Source: a virus (lineage: Duplodnaviria > Caudoviricetes). From it: a stretch of 26,166 nucleotides of DNA. The position numbers and the translations under genes were made by a program. This document shows positions 5,300 through 14,306 of this stretch, piece by piece (position 1 is the first letter of the stretch; the number at the start of each line of letters is the position of its first letter). The stretch is from the IMG/VR virus record IMGVR_UViG_3300005325_000020, positions 1 through 26,166 of that record. One strand, 5' to 3'. The notes under the pieces are model-generated. The model searched no databases and had not been told where the DNA came from. It saw nothing but the letters and a program-made list of their open reading frames with translations.

Positions 5300-7245
5300 T
5301 CACCCCCACCATCCGCCCTATCGCCCCCTTCGCCCACCTCGCCGGGCGCACGGTCACCACGCGCCCCAGCCGGGCCTTGCGCCGCCGTATGCGCACGCCG
5401 GAGCCGCTGACCATCAGCCAGTGGGCGGACAAATACCGGCGCGTCACCGAGATCGACGCCAAGCCGGGGGCCTGGCGGTCGGAGCTGGTGCCCCATGCCG
5501 TGCCGATCATGGACGACATCGCGCGGCCCTGGGTCCGGCAGGTGTGGATTTGCCTGCCCGAACGCGGCGCGAAAACCCAAATCCTGCTTAACACCGTCTG
5601 CTGGGGTATCGACCAGGGGAGCGCCGCCGGCAATATCTTCTGGCTCATGCCGACGGAGCATGACGCCCGCAAGGCGATGGGCGAGCGCGTTATTCCCGTC
5701 TTCCGCGCCAAAGACGACCACGGCCGCCCGGGCCGCATCGCCCGCTATCTCTCCCATGCCGCCGACGACACCAGCCGGGGCGCCATCCGTTTCAACCACG
5801 GCATCCGCCTTTTTCCCGCCTGGGCCAACTCTCCCGGCTCCATGGCCGCCTACTTCGGGCGGATCAATATCGCCGACGAGTGCGACAAGTTCCCCGAGCG
5901 CACCTCGGAAGGCTCCGACCCCATCACCCTGTTTCTCAAGCGCGCCCGCGACGACCGCCACCGCTCCAAATACGTTTTCGCCAGCACCCCGGCCGGTCGC
6001 TTTATCTATCGGGGCGCGATGGCCTGCGCCCAAATCAAAACATGGGCCATGCGCTGCCCCGACTGTAGCGAGCTGGTCACGCCCGGCGAAGAACATCTGG
6101 TCATCCCCGAAGGCACCACCGTTGAAAACATCAACCGCGCCGACCTCGGTCTTGCCTGTCCTGCCTGCGGAACCGATTGGAACGAAGAGCGCCGCGCCGT
6201 CGCCTACCACGGCGGGCGCGAGAAGATCCTGGCCGGCGCCGACAACCACCGCCCCGAGTCCATCGGCTGGCACGTCCCCGCCTGGGTATTCCCGGTCATC
6301 CCCCTGACCGAGATCGTCGCCGCCCGGCTCCGCGCCAAGACCGGTGACCACGCCTCCCGCGTCGCCTGGGCGAATGGGTATCGGGTGGAGGATCACATCC
6401 AAGAAGTCAAGGAGCGTCACGAAGAAATCATCCTGCGCCTGCGGGACGACCGCCCCGTCGCCATCGTGCCGACATGGGCCGATGCCCTGGAGATCAGCGT
6501 TGACACCCAAGACGCCGGATTCTGGTATCGCGTCCGCGCCTGGCAGTATCAGACCATGCAAAGCGCTCTCGTCCGTCACGGCTACGTCGAGAGTTTCGAC
6601 GGGCTCGACACCATCATCTATCACAGCACCCACCGCGATTCCGAAGGGGGCGAGCATCGGATCATGGCCGGGATCATCGACAGCGCCGGTCACCGCACCG
6701 CCGAGGTTTACGATTGGTGCCGGCGCGCCGGGTCGGTGGTCATCCCCGCCAGGGGCGCCAGCGGCCGCAAGACCCAACCGATGACGGTCAGCAAGATCGA
6801 CCATTATCCCGGCACCTCCAAAGCCATCCCCGGCGGTCTGCGCCTCTACCACATCGACACCCATTTCCACAAGGATGCCCTCGCCGCCCGCCTCGCCATC
6901 GAACCCGGCGACCCCGGATGTTTCTGGCTGCACTCTGGCTACACCGAGTTGCAGCAGTTAGAGCGTCAAAGCAACCCAACCCTGCCCCTACCCGGCAACC
7001 TCGACGACTACGCCCGCCAGCTCTGCGCCGAGTACCGCGACGAGCGGGGACAATGGCAATGCCCACCGGGAAAGGCCAACCACCTGTGGGACTGCGAAAG
7101 CAACGGATTGGCGTTGGCGTTGTATCTGCAATTCCCGGCGAGAACGCCGAAAGACCGCGAGAAAAAAGGCATGACGCCATCACCACCGACAACGACGCAG
7201 ACCAACAACAGCCGCCCATCATGGTTCAATAGCCGCCGGAGATAG
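5290..7245 (+). CDS. Terminase large subunit, lambda GpA family
   Basis: TISQWADKYR, Walker B IADECDKFP, ASTP, CPDC/CPAC zinc motif, VDTQD, IDSAG, NHLWDCE. Confidence 0.93.
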   Translation: MHLITPTIRPIAPFAHLAGRTVTTRPSRALRRRMRTPEPLTISQWADKYRRVTEIDAKPGAWRSELVPHAVPIMDDIARPWVRQVWICLPERGAKTQILLNTVCWGIDQGSAAGNIFWLMPTEHDARKAMGERVIPVFRAKDDHGRPGRIARYLSHAADDTSRGAIRFNHGIRLFPAWANSPGSMAAYFGRINIADECDKFPERTSEGSDPITLFLKRARDDRHRSKYVFASTPAGRFIYRGAMACAQIKTWAMRCPDCSELVTPGEEHLVIPEGTTVENINRADLGLACPACGTDWNEERRAVAYHGGREKILAGADNHRPESIGWHVPAWVFPVIPLTEIVAARLRAKTGDHASRVAWANGYRVEDHIQEVKERHEEIILRLRDDRPVAIVPTWADALEISVDTQDAGFWYRVRAWQYQTMQSALVRHGYVESFDGLDTIIYHSTHRDSEGGEHRIMAGIIDSAGHRTAEVYDWCRRAGSVVIPARGASGRKTQPMTVSKIDHYPGTSKAIPGGLRLYHIDTHFHKDALAARLAIEPGDPGCFWLHSGYTELQQLERQSNPTLPLPGNLDDYARQLCAEYRDERGQWQCPPGKANHLWDCESNGLALALYLQFPARTPKDREKKGMTPSPPTTTQTNNSRPSWFNSRRR

Positions 7246-7246
7246 T

Positions 7247-7450
7247 ATGAAAAAAACCGAAGAATTCATCAGCGTTGCAATTTTCGCGTCACGCCTCGGG
7301 ATTTCCAGAAGTTTCGTTTACCGCCTCGCCGAAATCGGTCGAGATGCCGGCGGGGTTCGATCCATCCGCCTGGGAAGAAAAGCCGCAATCCGCATTCCGG
7401 CCAGTGAGCTGGAACGATTGATTGCCGAGCGAGAGAGGGAAGAGAGATGA
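7247..7450 (+). CDS. Excisionase-like helix-turn-helix DNA-binding protein
   Basis: ISVAIFASRLGISRSFVYRL...SIRLGRKAAIRIPASELERLI. Confidence 0.8.
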   Translation: MKKTEEFISVAIFASRLGISRSFVYRLAEIGRDAGGVRSIRLGRKAAIRIPASELERLIAEREREER

Positions 7451-7704
7451 AATCCTTTGACGACGAACTATCCGCTATCGCCGGGCTAAATTTAGATAAT
7501 CTCCCCCGGCCCGACTTCGATTCCCTCAAGTTGGATGAGCCATTTACCTGGACCACCCGGACCAAAGACCCACGCACATCCGGCCTCGTTACTTGCCGCC
7601 ATGACCAAACACAGGGACAACACCTCCGACAAGCAAGAGGAGGTCGCGGAATTGGTCTCGAAAATAAACGACATCTGCGACCCGCCAAACGGCGTAAGAC
7701 TTGA
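7447..7704 (+). CDS. Hypothetical protein; its 3' half overlaps the next ORF
   Basis: ATGA-coupled to the HTH gene with a purine-rich RBS; 3' part doubtful. Confidence 0.35.
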   Translation: MKSFDDELSAIAGLNLDNLPRPDFDSLKLDEPFTWTTRTKDPRTSGLVTCRHDQTQGQHLRQARGGRGIGLENKRHLRPAKRRKT

Positions 7705-7984
7705 AGACCAAGCCCCGTTCTGGCTGGGTTATTACCACTACCGATCCGCTGCCGATGCCGCCAAAAACCACGGACCGGAGGGGCTTGAGCGAGCCGGTCG
7801 CGCCCTCTTCGGAGATCGCTGGCAAACCGACCTTTCCAACGCTCTCAACCTGTCCGATGCCCGGAGAATACGGCAATGGATGGCAGGCGAGCGGAAAATA
7901 CCGGTCGGGATATGGGCCGACATTTGCGCGCTCCTGCGACAACGACAGATGTCAATAGGACAGACATTGACAAGGCTAGAATAA
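7535..7984 (+). CDS. Cas8c C-terminal/Cas11-like motif fused to an HTH domain; start uncertain, possibly 5'-truncated
   Basis: EEVAELVSKI...LEDQAPFWLGYYHY, then GRALFGDRWQTDLSNALNLSDARRIRQWMAGERKIP; followed by a terminator. Confidence 0.65.
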   Translation: MSHLPGPPGPKTHAHPASLLAAMTKHRDNTSDKQEEVAELVSKINDICDPPNGVRLEDQAPFWLGYYHYRSAADAAKNHGPEGLERAGRALFGDRWQTDLSNALNLSDARRIRQWMAGERKIPVGIWADICALLRQRQMSIGQTLTRLE

Positions 7985-8005
7985 GACTATTACAACCACC
8001 CCATC

Positions 8006-8032
8006 AAGCGCCCATCTCGGGCGCTTTTTTTT
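8006..8032 (+). terminator. Rho-independent terminator
   Basis: AAGCGCCC-ATCTC-GGGCGCTT followed by TTTTTT. Confidence 0.85.
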
Positions 8033-8060
8033 GCAAAAAACGCACCTCCCTAAAGAAATT

Positions 8061-8087
8061 TTCCACACCTTCCACACCTTCCGCACC
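8061..8087 (+). repeat. 3 x 9-bp tandem repeat TTCC(A/G)CACC
   Basis: TTCCACACC TTCCACACC TTCCGCACC. Confidence 0.85.
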
Positions 8088-8091
8088 GTAT

Positions 8092-8127
8092 TTGCCCCAC
8101 CCCCGCCTTTTGCCGCACTCTCGCCTC
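8092..8127 (+). promoter_or_regulatory. Putative late promoter for a leaderless transcript
   Basis: TTGCCC-18 bp-CACTCT-6 bp-ATG; no SD sequence upstream of 8128. Confidence 0.35.
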
Positions 8128-8376
8128 ATGAGTGTGACCCCCCTTTATACCGCCGCCGAACTTGACGCTGAAATCATCGTCTGGAAACAGGCCCTCCGCG
8201 CCCTGGCCCTGGGGGAAGAGTATACCTGCGCCCAGGCCGACGGCTCCCGGCAGACCGTGCGCCGTGTCCAGTTGCCGCAGATCGAAGCCCGCCTTGAAAA
8301 ACTGCAATCCATGCGCGTGCAGCTCGCCGCCGGAAACGGCCCGCAGATGATCCAGGGGAGAGTAAAGCGTGACTGA
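8128..8376 (+). CDS. gpW-like head-tail joining protein
   Basis: 82 aa directly before the portal; ALRALALGEEYT...RQTVRRVQLPQIEARLEKL. Confidence 0.75.
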   Translation: MSVTPLYTAAELDAEIIVWKQALRALALGEEYTCAQADGSRQTVRRVQLPQIEARLEKLQSMRVQLAAGNGPQMIQGRVKRD

Positions 8377-9922
8377 TTTCGCCGCCATCCGCGCCGCCAA
8401 GCGTCAGGCCGCCGCCGTCCAGAACTCCCTTTTGGGCAGCCGTTCCCGCGCCATCAGCCGCACCGGCGGAGGTTACACCAACAGCCTCGCCGGCTGGAGC
8501 CCGCGCCGCATCAACTACCGCGAAGAAGGCCAACAACGCGAACTCATCGCCAACCGCAGCGCCGATCTGGTCGCCAACGATCCCCACGCTTGCAGCCTGG
8601 TCGAAGCCATCAGCATCAACAGCGTCGGCCCCGGACTCTGGCCGCAGAGCAAACCCAATTTCAAGCGCCTCGGCATCAGCGAAGAGCAGGCCGCCGAACT
8701 CTCCGATGCCGCCGAGTGGGAGTTCGATCTGTTCAACGCCCAGGCCGATGCTCGGGGCATCACCGACTTCTACGGCATCCAGTTTGAAAATCTCTGGTCC
8801 GTCCTGGTCAACGGCGAAGCCCTCAACTTGCCGTTGATGATCGACGACGATCCCAACCGCCGCTATCGGCTGGCCCTGCAGTCCCTCGACCCGCGCCGGA
8901 TCATGACCCCCACCGACCGCATCGCCGACGCCGCCGTTCGCGACGGCATCCGCCTCGGCACCTACGGTCAGCCCGTCGCCTACTACATCGCCAACCCCGA
9001 CGACGGCGACATCCGCCAGGGAATGGCCTCCAACAAGTTTGTCGAATACCCGGCCACCGTCGGCCATCGCCCGACGGTGTTTCACCTCTACCACGCCAAG
9101 GCCCCCGAGCAGGCGCGGGGCGTGTCGGTGCTGGCTCCGGCCATGAGCTTCTTCCGCAACTTCGCCGACTATCTCGATTACGAGCTGATGGGCGCCATCG
9201 TCGCCGCCAGCTTCCCGGTCTTCATCGAAAAAAACAGCCCTTACGACGCCACCGGCGTTCCCGGCGTGTCGAGCTGGACCGACAACGCCGGGGAAACCAA
9301 CCATTACCGCGAGATCCCGCCGGGCACCATGCTTTACGGCAACCCTGGCGAAAAACCGCACTTGCTCAAGGGTGATCGCCCCACCAACAGCTTTCAGATT
9401 TTCGTCGAAACGGTGCTCCGCGCCGTCGGCGCCGCCACCGGGATGCCCTACGAAGTCGTCTCGAAAGACTTCTCAAAAACCAACTACTCCAGCGCCCGCG
9501 CCGCCCTCCAGGAAGCCTGGCGAGTTTTCGAGCTGTACCAGGATTGGCTCATAGGCCGCTTCTGCCGCCCGGTCTGGAACATGGTGTTCGAAGAAGCCGT
9601 CTTGACCGGCCGTATCGCGTTGCCCAAGGGCGCCCCAGGATTTTACGACGCCATGGCCGAATACACCAACTGCACCTGGGTCGGCCCGGAGCGTACCAAC
9701 GTCGATCCGGTCAAAGAGATGGTCGCCGACGTCATGGGCCTGAATGCCGGCGTCAGCACCCTGGCCGACATCGCCGCCAAGAAAAACAAGGATTGGGAGC
9801 AGCAGGCCGCCCAGCGATCCCGCGAAAAACAAACCTTCCGCGCCCTCGGTCTCAACCCCGATCCGCCCACGGCCGCCGCCGCCAAAAAACCCGAAACCCT
9901 GGAGCAAGACAATGACCAATAA
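8369..9922 (+). CDS. Portal protein, lambda family
   Basis: RSADLVANDPHA, PEQARGVSVLAP, DFSKTNYSSARAAL, VDPVKE. Confidence 0.95.
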   Translation: MTDFAAIRAAKRQAAAVQNSLLGSRSRAISRTGGGYTNSLAGWSPRRINYREEGQQRELIANRSADLVANDPHACSLVEAISINSVGPGLWPQSKPNFKRLGISEEQAAELSDAAEWEFDLFNAQADARGITDFYGIQFENLWSVLVNGEALNLPLMIDDDPNRRYRLALQSLDPRRIMTPTDRIADAAVRDGIRLGTYGQPVAYYIANPDDGDIRQGMASNKFVEYPATVGHRPTVFHLYHAKAPEQARGVSVLAPAMSFFRNFADYLDYELMGAIVAASFPVFIEKNSPYDATGVPGVSSWTDNAGETNHYREIPPGTMLYGNPGEKPHLLKGDRPTNSFQIFVETVLRAVGAATGMPYEVVSKDFSKTNYSSARAALQEAWRVFELYQDWLIGRFCRPVWNMVFEEAVLTGRIALPKGAPGFYDAMAEYTNCTWVGPERTNVDPVKEMVADVMGLNAGVSTLADIAAKKNKDWEQQAAQRSREKQTFRALGLNPDPPTAAAAKKPETLEQDNDQ

Positions 9923-10973
9923 ACAAAACTGGTACGACATCAAAGCCGAAGCCGCCGGAAACCCGCAGGTCTACATCTACGGTGTCATCGTCGATTACCA
10001 GTGGGATGCCGACGACATGAGCCCCGCCGAATTCATCCGCGCCATCAATGGCCTCGGCGATTTCGACCTGCACGTCAACACCCCCGGCGGAAGCGTCGTC
10101 GCCGGCCTCGCCATCTACAACGCCATCCGCCGTCACAAGGGCACCGTCACCGCTTATGTCGACAGTATCGCCGCCTCCATGGGCTCGGTCATCATCATGG
10201 CCGCCGACAAGATCGTCATGCCCGCAAACGCCCTGCTCATGATCCACGATCCCTGGACCGTCGCCGTGGGCAATGCCGACGACATGCGCAAGCAGGCCGA
10301 TGTCATGGACAAGTTCAAAGCCTCCCTGGTCGCCGCCTATCACGACAAGTCCGGGCTCGCCGTCGCCGACATCGAAAAGATGATGACGGACGAATCGTGG
10401 ATCACCGCCGCCGAAGCCGTCGAATTCGGCTTCGCCGATCAGGTCGAGAGCCCCATCCAGGCCGCCGCCTCCTTCGACCTGACCCGCTATCGCAACGCTT
10501 CGGATGCCCTTTTCCGGGCCGAAGCCCAGGCCAAAAAGGAGCCGCCCATGACCATCGAAGAGATTAAAGCGAAGTACCCCGAACACGTCGCCGCCATCGC
10601 CGCCGATGCTACTCTCGGGCACATCCCGGTGGAACAGGCGCAAGCCATGGTGACAGACACGGCCAAGGCCACCACGGACAACATCTTCGCCCTGATCGAA
10701 GCCACCCTCGGCGCCGAAGTCCGCGATAGGTTCGCCGCACTGGTCAAAGCCGACATCGCCCCCGAGCACATCCATGCCCTCGGCATCAACGTTTTGCCGC
10801 AAGCCGCCGCCGCGCCCGATGCTCTCGGCGGAAGTGCCGCCGCCATGCTCGCCGCCATCACCGCCGCCGCGCCAAAACCGGCCGCTCCTGCCGGCGCCCC
10901 GGCAACCAGCGCGGGCATCAGCACATCGGCCATTTACCGGGCCAGAAATCAGGCGATGACCGCCAAAAAATAA
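9912..10973 (+). CDS. Head maturation protease, ClpP-like (S14), with a C-terminal scaffold region
   Basis: HVNTPGGSV, IAASMGSVI, MIHDPW, ESWITAAEAVEFGFAD. Confidence 0.93.
   Translation: MTNKQNWYDIKAEAAGNPQVYIYGVIVDYQWDADDMSPAEFIRAINGLGDFDLHVNTPGGSVVAGLAIYNAIRRHKGTVTAYVDSIAASMGSVIIMAADKIVMPANALLMIHDPWTVAVGNADDMRKQADVMDKFKASLVAAYHDKSGLAVADIEKMMTDESWITAAEAVEFGFADQVESPIQAAASFDLTRYRNASDALFRAEAQAKKEPPMTIEEIKAKYPEHVAAIAADATLGHIPVEQAQAMVTDTAKATTDNIFALIEATLGAEVRDRFAALVKADIAPEHIHALGINVLPQAAAAPDALGGSAAAMLAAITAAAPKPAAPAGAPATSAGISTSAIYRARNQAMTAKK
10548..10973 (+). CDS. Putative in-frame nested scaffolding protein (lambda Nu3-like arrangement)
   Basis: Internal AAAAAGGAG-6 nt-ATG in frame right after the protease domain; MTIEEIKAKYPEHVAAI. 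Confidence 0.6.
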   Translation: MTIEEIKAKYPEHVAAIAADATLGHIPVEQAQAMVTDTAKATTDNIFALIEATLGAEVRDRFAALVKADIAPEHIHALGINVLPQAAAAPDALGGSAAAMLAAITAAAPKPAAPAGAPATSAGISTSAIYRARNQAMTAKK

Positions 10974-11005
10974 AGCAACGAAACCACTCATAAAGGAGAA
11001 CCACC

Positions 11006-11656
11006 ATGGCCGAATTGACCGAAGGAAAATACGCGGGCGAGTTCATCGCCAGCGAAGCAAACGGCACCCGCAGCCGCGAAACCGTCACCATCCTTTCCGG
11101 TGAAAACGTCGTCGCCGGCGAAGTCCTTGGCAAAGTCACCGTTGCCGCCGCTGTCGGCGCCGCCGTCGCCGGAAACACCGGTAACGGTACGATCACCGCC
11201 GCGCCCACCGTCGGCGCCGGCACCAAGCCCGGCGTCTACCGCGCCACCTGTGTCGAGCCCGGAACCAACGTCGGCGAATTCATTGTCGAAGATCCCGACG
11301 GTATTACCCTCGGCGTCGCCGTCGTCGCCGTCGCCTTTACCGGCGGGGGGCTGACCTTCACCATCGCCGACGGTGCCACCGATTTTGCTTCTGGCGATGC
11401 TTTCACCATCACCGTCGCCGCCGGGTCCGGCAAATATGCCGCCTTCGACCAGGACGGCACCGACGGTCGCCAGGTCGCCGCCGGCATCGCCTACGACAAT
11501 TACGACGCCACCTCCGCCGACGTGACCGGCGTCATCATCGCTCGCGACGCCGAAGTCAACGCCAATGAAATTTCCTGGCCTTCCGATATTGAAACCGCCG
11601 AGCAGACCGCCGCCGAAACGCAGTTGGCCGCCCTTGGCATCTTCGTCCGCGCATAA
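11006..11656 (+). CDS. Head decoration protein (gpD-like) with an internal insertion
   Basis: EFIASEANGTRSRETVTI...GEVLGK and DGTDGRQVAAGI...ARDAEVN; sits between protease and capsid. Confidence 0.85.
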   Translation: MAELTEGKYAGEFIASEANGTRSRETVTILSGENVVAGEVLGKVTVAAAVGAAVAGNTGNGTITAAPTVGAGTKPGVYRATCVEPGTNVGEFIVEDPDGITLGVAVVAVAFTGGGLTFTIADGATDFASGDAFTITVAAGSGKYAAFDQDGTDGRQVAAGIAYDNYDATSADVTGVIIARDAEVNANEISWPSDIETAEQTAAETQLAALGIFVRA

Positions 11657-11674
11657 CCGAAAGGAGATAACACC

Positions 11675-12691
11675 ATGGGTGCATTGGACATTTTCCGCAG
11701 CGACGCCTTTTCGGTCACCAGTTTGACCGATGCCATCAACAAAGTCCCCTTTCAGCCCGGCCAGGTCATGGGTCTCGGCCTCTTCCAGGAGCAGGGTATC
11801 GCCACCACCTCGGTCATGATCGAGGAAAAAGACGGCATCCTCTATCTGGTGCCGAACACCCCCCGTGGCGCCGGTGCCACGCAGAACAAAACCGGCAAGC
11901 GCAAGGCCCGCAGCCTGGTCATTCCCCATCTGCCAGTGTTCGACAAGATCATGGCCGACGAGATTCAGGGTGTCCGCGCCTTCGGCAGCGAGAACCAGCT
12001 TGAATCCGTTCAGACCGTGGTCGACGGGCGCACCATGTCCATGAGCAACAGCCTCGACGCCACCATCGAGCACCTCGCCCTCGGCGCCATCAAAGGGCAG
12101 ATCCTTGATTCCGACGGGTCGTCGGTCATCTATGACCTCTTCACCGAGTTCGGCGTATCGCAAGAAACCGAAGTCGATTTCGATCTCGACAACGCCACCC
12201 CGGCCGCCGGCGCCCTCCGTAACAAATGCGCCGGAGTCCTGCGCGCCATCAGCACCAATCTGGGCGCCGCCACCGTCCGCAGCGCCCACGCCTTCTGTGG
12301 CGCCGCCTTCTTTGACGATCTCATCGCCCATGCCGAAGTCCGCGATACCTACCTGGCCCAGCAGGAAGCCGCGCAACTGCGGGGTGGATACTACGGCGAG
12401 CGCTTCATGTTCGGCGGGATCGTCTGGGAAGAGTATCGGGGCAGCATCGGTGGCGTCGATTTCATCAACACCGACAAGTGCCACGTCTTCCCCGTCGGCG
12501 TCCCCGGCCTGTTCAAGCTCTACTACGGCCCGGCGGACTACATGGAAACTGTAAACACCATCGGCCTGCCCAAATACATGAAGCAAGCCGCCGACGAGCG
12601 TTTCAATAAGTTCGTCGACCTCGAAGCCCAAAGCAACCCGCTGCCGATCTGCACCCAGCCCAAGGCGCTCATCAAAGGCAAGCGCACCTAA
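11675..12691 (+). CDS. Major capsid protein (phage capsid E family)
   Basis: FSVTSLTDAINKVPFQPG, DEIQGVRAFGSE, ETVNTIGLP, QSNPLPICTQP. Confidence 0.93.
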   Translation: MGALDIFRSDAFSVTSLTDAINKVPFQPGQVMGLGLFQEQGIATTSVMIEEKDGILYLVPNTPRGAGATQNKTGKRKARSLVIPHLPVFDKIMADEIQGVRAFGSENQLESVQTVVDGRTMSMSNSLDATIEHLALGAIKGQILDSDGSSVIYDLFTEFGVSQETEVDFDLDNATPAAGALRNKCAGVLRAISTNLGAATVRSAHAFCGAAFFDDLIAHAEVRDTYLAQQEAAQLRGGYYGERFMFGGIVWEEYRGSIGGVDFINTDKCHVFPVGVPGLFKLYYGPADYMETVNTIGLPKYMKQAADERFNKFVDLEAQSNPLPICTQPKALIKGKRT

Positions 12692-12698
12692 ACCCTTG

Positions 12699-12736
12699 GC
12701 GCGGGGCTTTCTTCTCTCCGGCCCCGCGCATTTTTT
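12699..12736 (+). terminator. Terminator-like hairpin after the capsid gene
   Basis: GCGCGGGGC...GCCCCGCGC then ATTTTTT. Confidence 0.65.
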
Positions 12737-12747
12737 GAGGATGTCCC

Positions 12748-13074
12748 ATGGCCTACGCCACTTTGGACGATCTGCTTGCCTACGCCACCGCCGATGAGCT
12801 GACCCAGCTTACCGGGGTGGATGTGTTCGAGCCGGATGCCGCTATCGTCGCCGCGATTCTGGACGACTCCACGGCGGAGATCGACAGCTATCTCCCGGTC
12901 GGGGTGACGGTAACGGCAGGGTCCAAGGTCGCGCGTCGGATGTGCTGCTTTTTGACTCTGTTCCACCTTTATGCCCGGAACACGCAGCTTATCCCCAGCG
13001 AGGCCCGCCAGCAGCAATTCAACAGCGCCCAGCAATGGCTGTTCGAAATGGCCATGGGCACGGTGACGCCATGA
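12748..13074 (+). CDS. Head-tail adaptor, Mu gp36/DUF1320-like
   Basis: MAYATLDDL...ELTQLT...AEIDSYL. Confidence 0.8.
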   Translation: MAYATLDDLLAYATADELTQLTGVDVFEPDAAIVAAILDDSTAEIDSYLPVGVTVTAGSKVARRMCCFLTLFHLYARNTQLIPSEARQQQFNSAQQWLFEMAMGTVTP

Positions 13075-13535
13075 CCTATGAAGATTTCGAGGATGCCATC
13101 CTCGCCGCGCTGGAACCGCTGAAAGGCACGACGGTCGGCGTCAAAACGCTGGAGACCTACGGCGGTGAATTTTCCGCCGACAGCTTCGGCCAGTTCCCCA
13201 TCAACTACCCGGCCGTTTTCGTTTGCGTGTCGGCCATGACCAGCGAATCGGTCAACACCGAGGACCGCCGCGAATTGACCCTCGATGTCTACGCCGCCGC
13301 CACCGATCTGCGGGGCGAGAAGTCGGCGCGCAGGGGCGCTCTCGGCAGCGTCGGCGCCTACGCTATCGCCAAGGCTGTCCGCGTGGCGCTCAACCGGCTC
13401 ATCGTCCCCGGCGCCGGGCGGGTGCAACTGCGCCGCGAATATTTGATGGGCTACAGCAAGACCGCCGGGCTGTGCGTGATCCAGGCGGAGTATTCGTTTA
13501 AATACAACCAAACCATAGCTCTAGAAAGGAGTTGA
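13071..13535 (+). CDS. Tail terminator, Mu gp37/DUF1834-like
   Basis: EDAILAAL...TLETYGGEF...PAVFV...DLRGEKSARRG...VGAY. Confidence 0.8.
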   Translation: MTYEDFEDAILAALEPLKGTTVGVKTLETYGGEFSADSFGQFPINYPAVFVCVSAMTSESVNTEDRRELTLDVYAAATDLRGEKSARRGALGSVGAYAIAKAVRVALNRLIVPGAGRVQLRREYLMGYSKTAGLCVIQAEYSFKYNQTIALERS

Positions 13536-13539
13536 AATC

Positions 13540-14298
13540 ATGTCCGATAGTTGGCTTGGGTCGGGAGACCTCTATTTCGACCGGTTGACCTCCGCCGGTG
13601 TTTCGCAGGGGGCGGCCATTGCCGGCGCCTGTAGCAAGTTCGAGTTAATCCCCGAATCGGAGATCAAGGAGCAGACCGGAAAAGGGCGGGACAATTACGG
13701 TCAGGTCATCGCCGCCGCGACCCTGCCGGGCAAGACCGCCATCAAGTTGATCTTGAACCAGCTCGACGCCGACAATCTCGCCGTCGCCTTCCTGGGGACC
13801 GCCACCGATGGCGGCCAGGTCGCCGGATCTATCTCCGCCGGGTCGCCGGTGTCGATCACCGCGCACCTCGACAAGTGGGTGGAAGTCGGCAAGGAATCGC
13901 TGTCCGCCGTGGTGGTCAAAGACGTCACCAACGTCACGACCTACACCCTCGGAACCGATTACGAGCTGAACACCAGGCTGGGGCTGGTCAAAGCTTTGTC
14001 CACCGGCGCCATCGCCGAAGGGGCCACGCTGCACGTTTCCGGCAGCTATGCCCAGGTCGACTGGACCGAGATCTCCGGCGCCGACTCGCCCATCATCCGC
14101 GCCCGGCTTGTATTGGACGGCAAGAACTTCGTCAACGGCCGCAACTGCAAGGTGGTGGTCAAGGAAGCGCGCCTTAAGCCGTCGACCGCTGTCGATTTCT
14201 TGTCCGACGACTTCCTCCCACTGGAGCTGGAAGGCGTTTGCGAGATCCCGACCGGCGACACCACGCCGTTTGAAATCATCTACTACGACGCCGCCTGA
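13540..14298 (+). CDS. Major tail tube protein (non-contractile tail)
   Basis: WLGSGDLYFDR...DYELNTRLGLV...DFLSDDFLPLELEG; position; no sheath gene seen. Confidence 0.8.
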   Translation: MSDSWLGSGDLYFDRLTSAGVSQGAAIAGACSKFELIPESEIKEQTGKGRDNYGQVIAAATLPGKTAIKLILNQLDADNLAVAFLGTATDGGQVAGSISAGSPVSITAHLDKWVEVGKESLSAVVVKDVTNVTTYTLGTDYELNTRLGLVKALSTGAIAEGATLHVSGSYAQVDWTEISGADSPIIRARLVLDGKNFVNGRNCKVVVKEARLKPSTAVDFLSDDFLPLELEGVCEIPTGDTTPFEIIYYDAA

Positions 14299-14306
14299 TG
14301 ATTGAC

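Noticed and set aside
12748-14298. Mu-like transposable myovirus
   Set aside because: No tail sheath or transposase in the window; the packaging genes are lambda GpA type.
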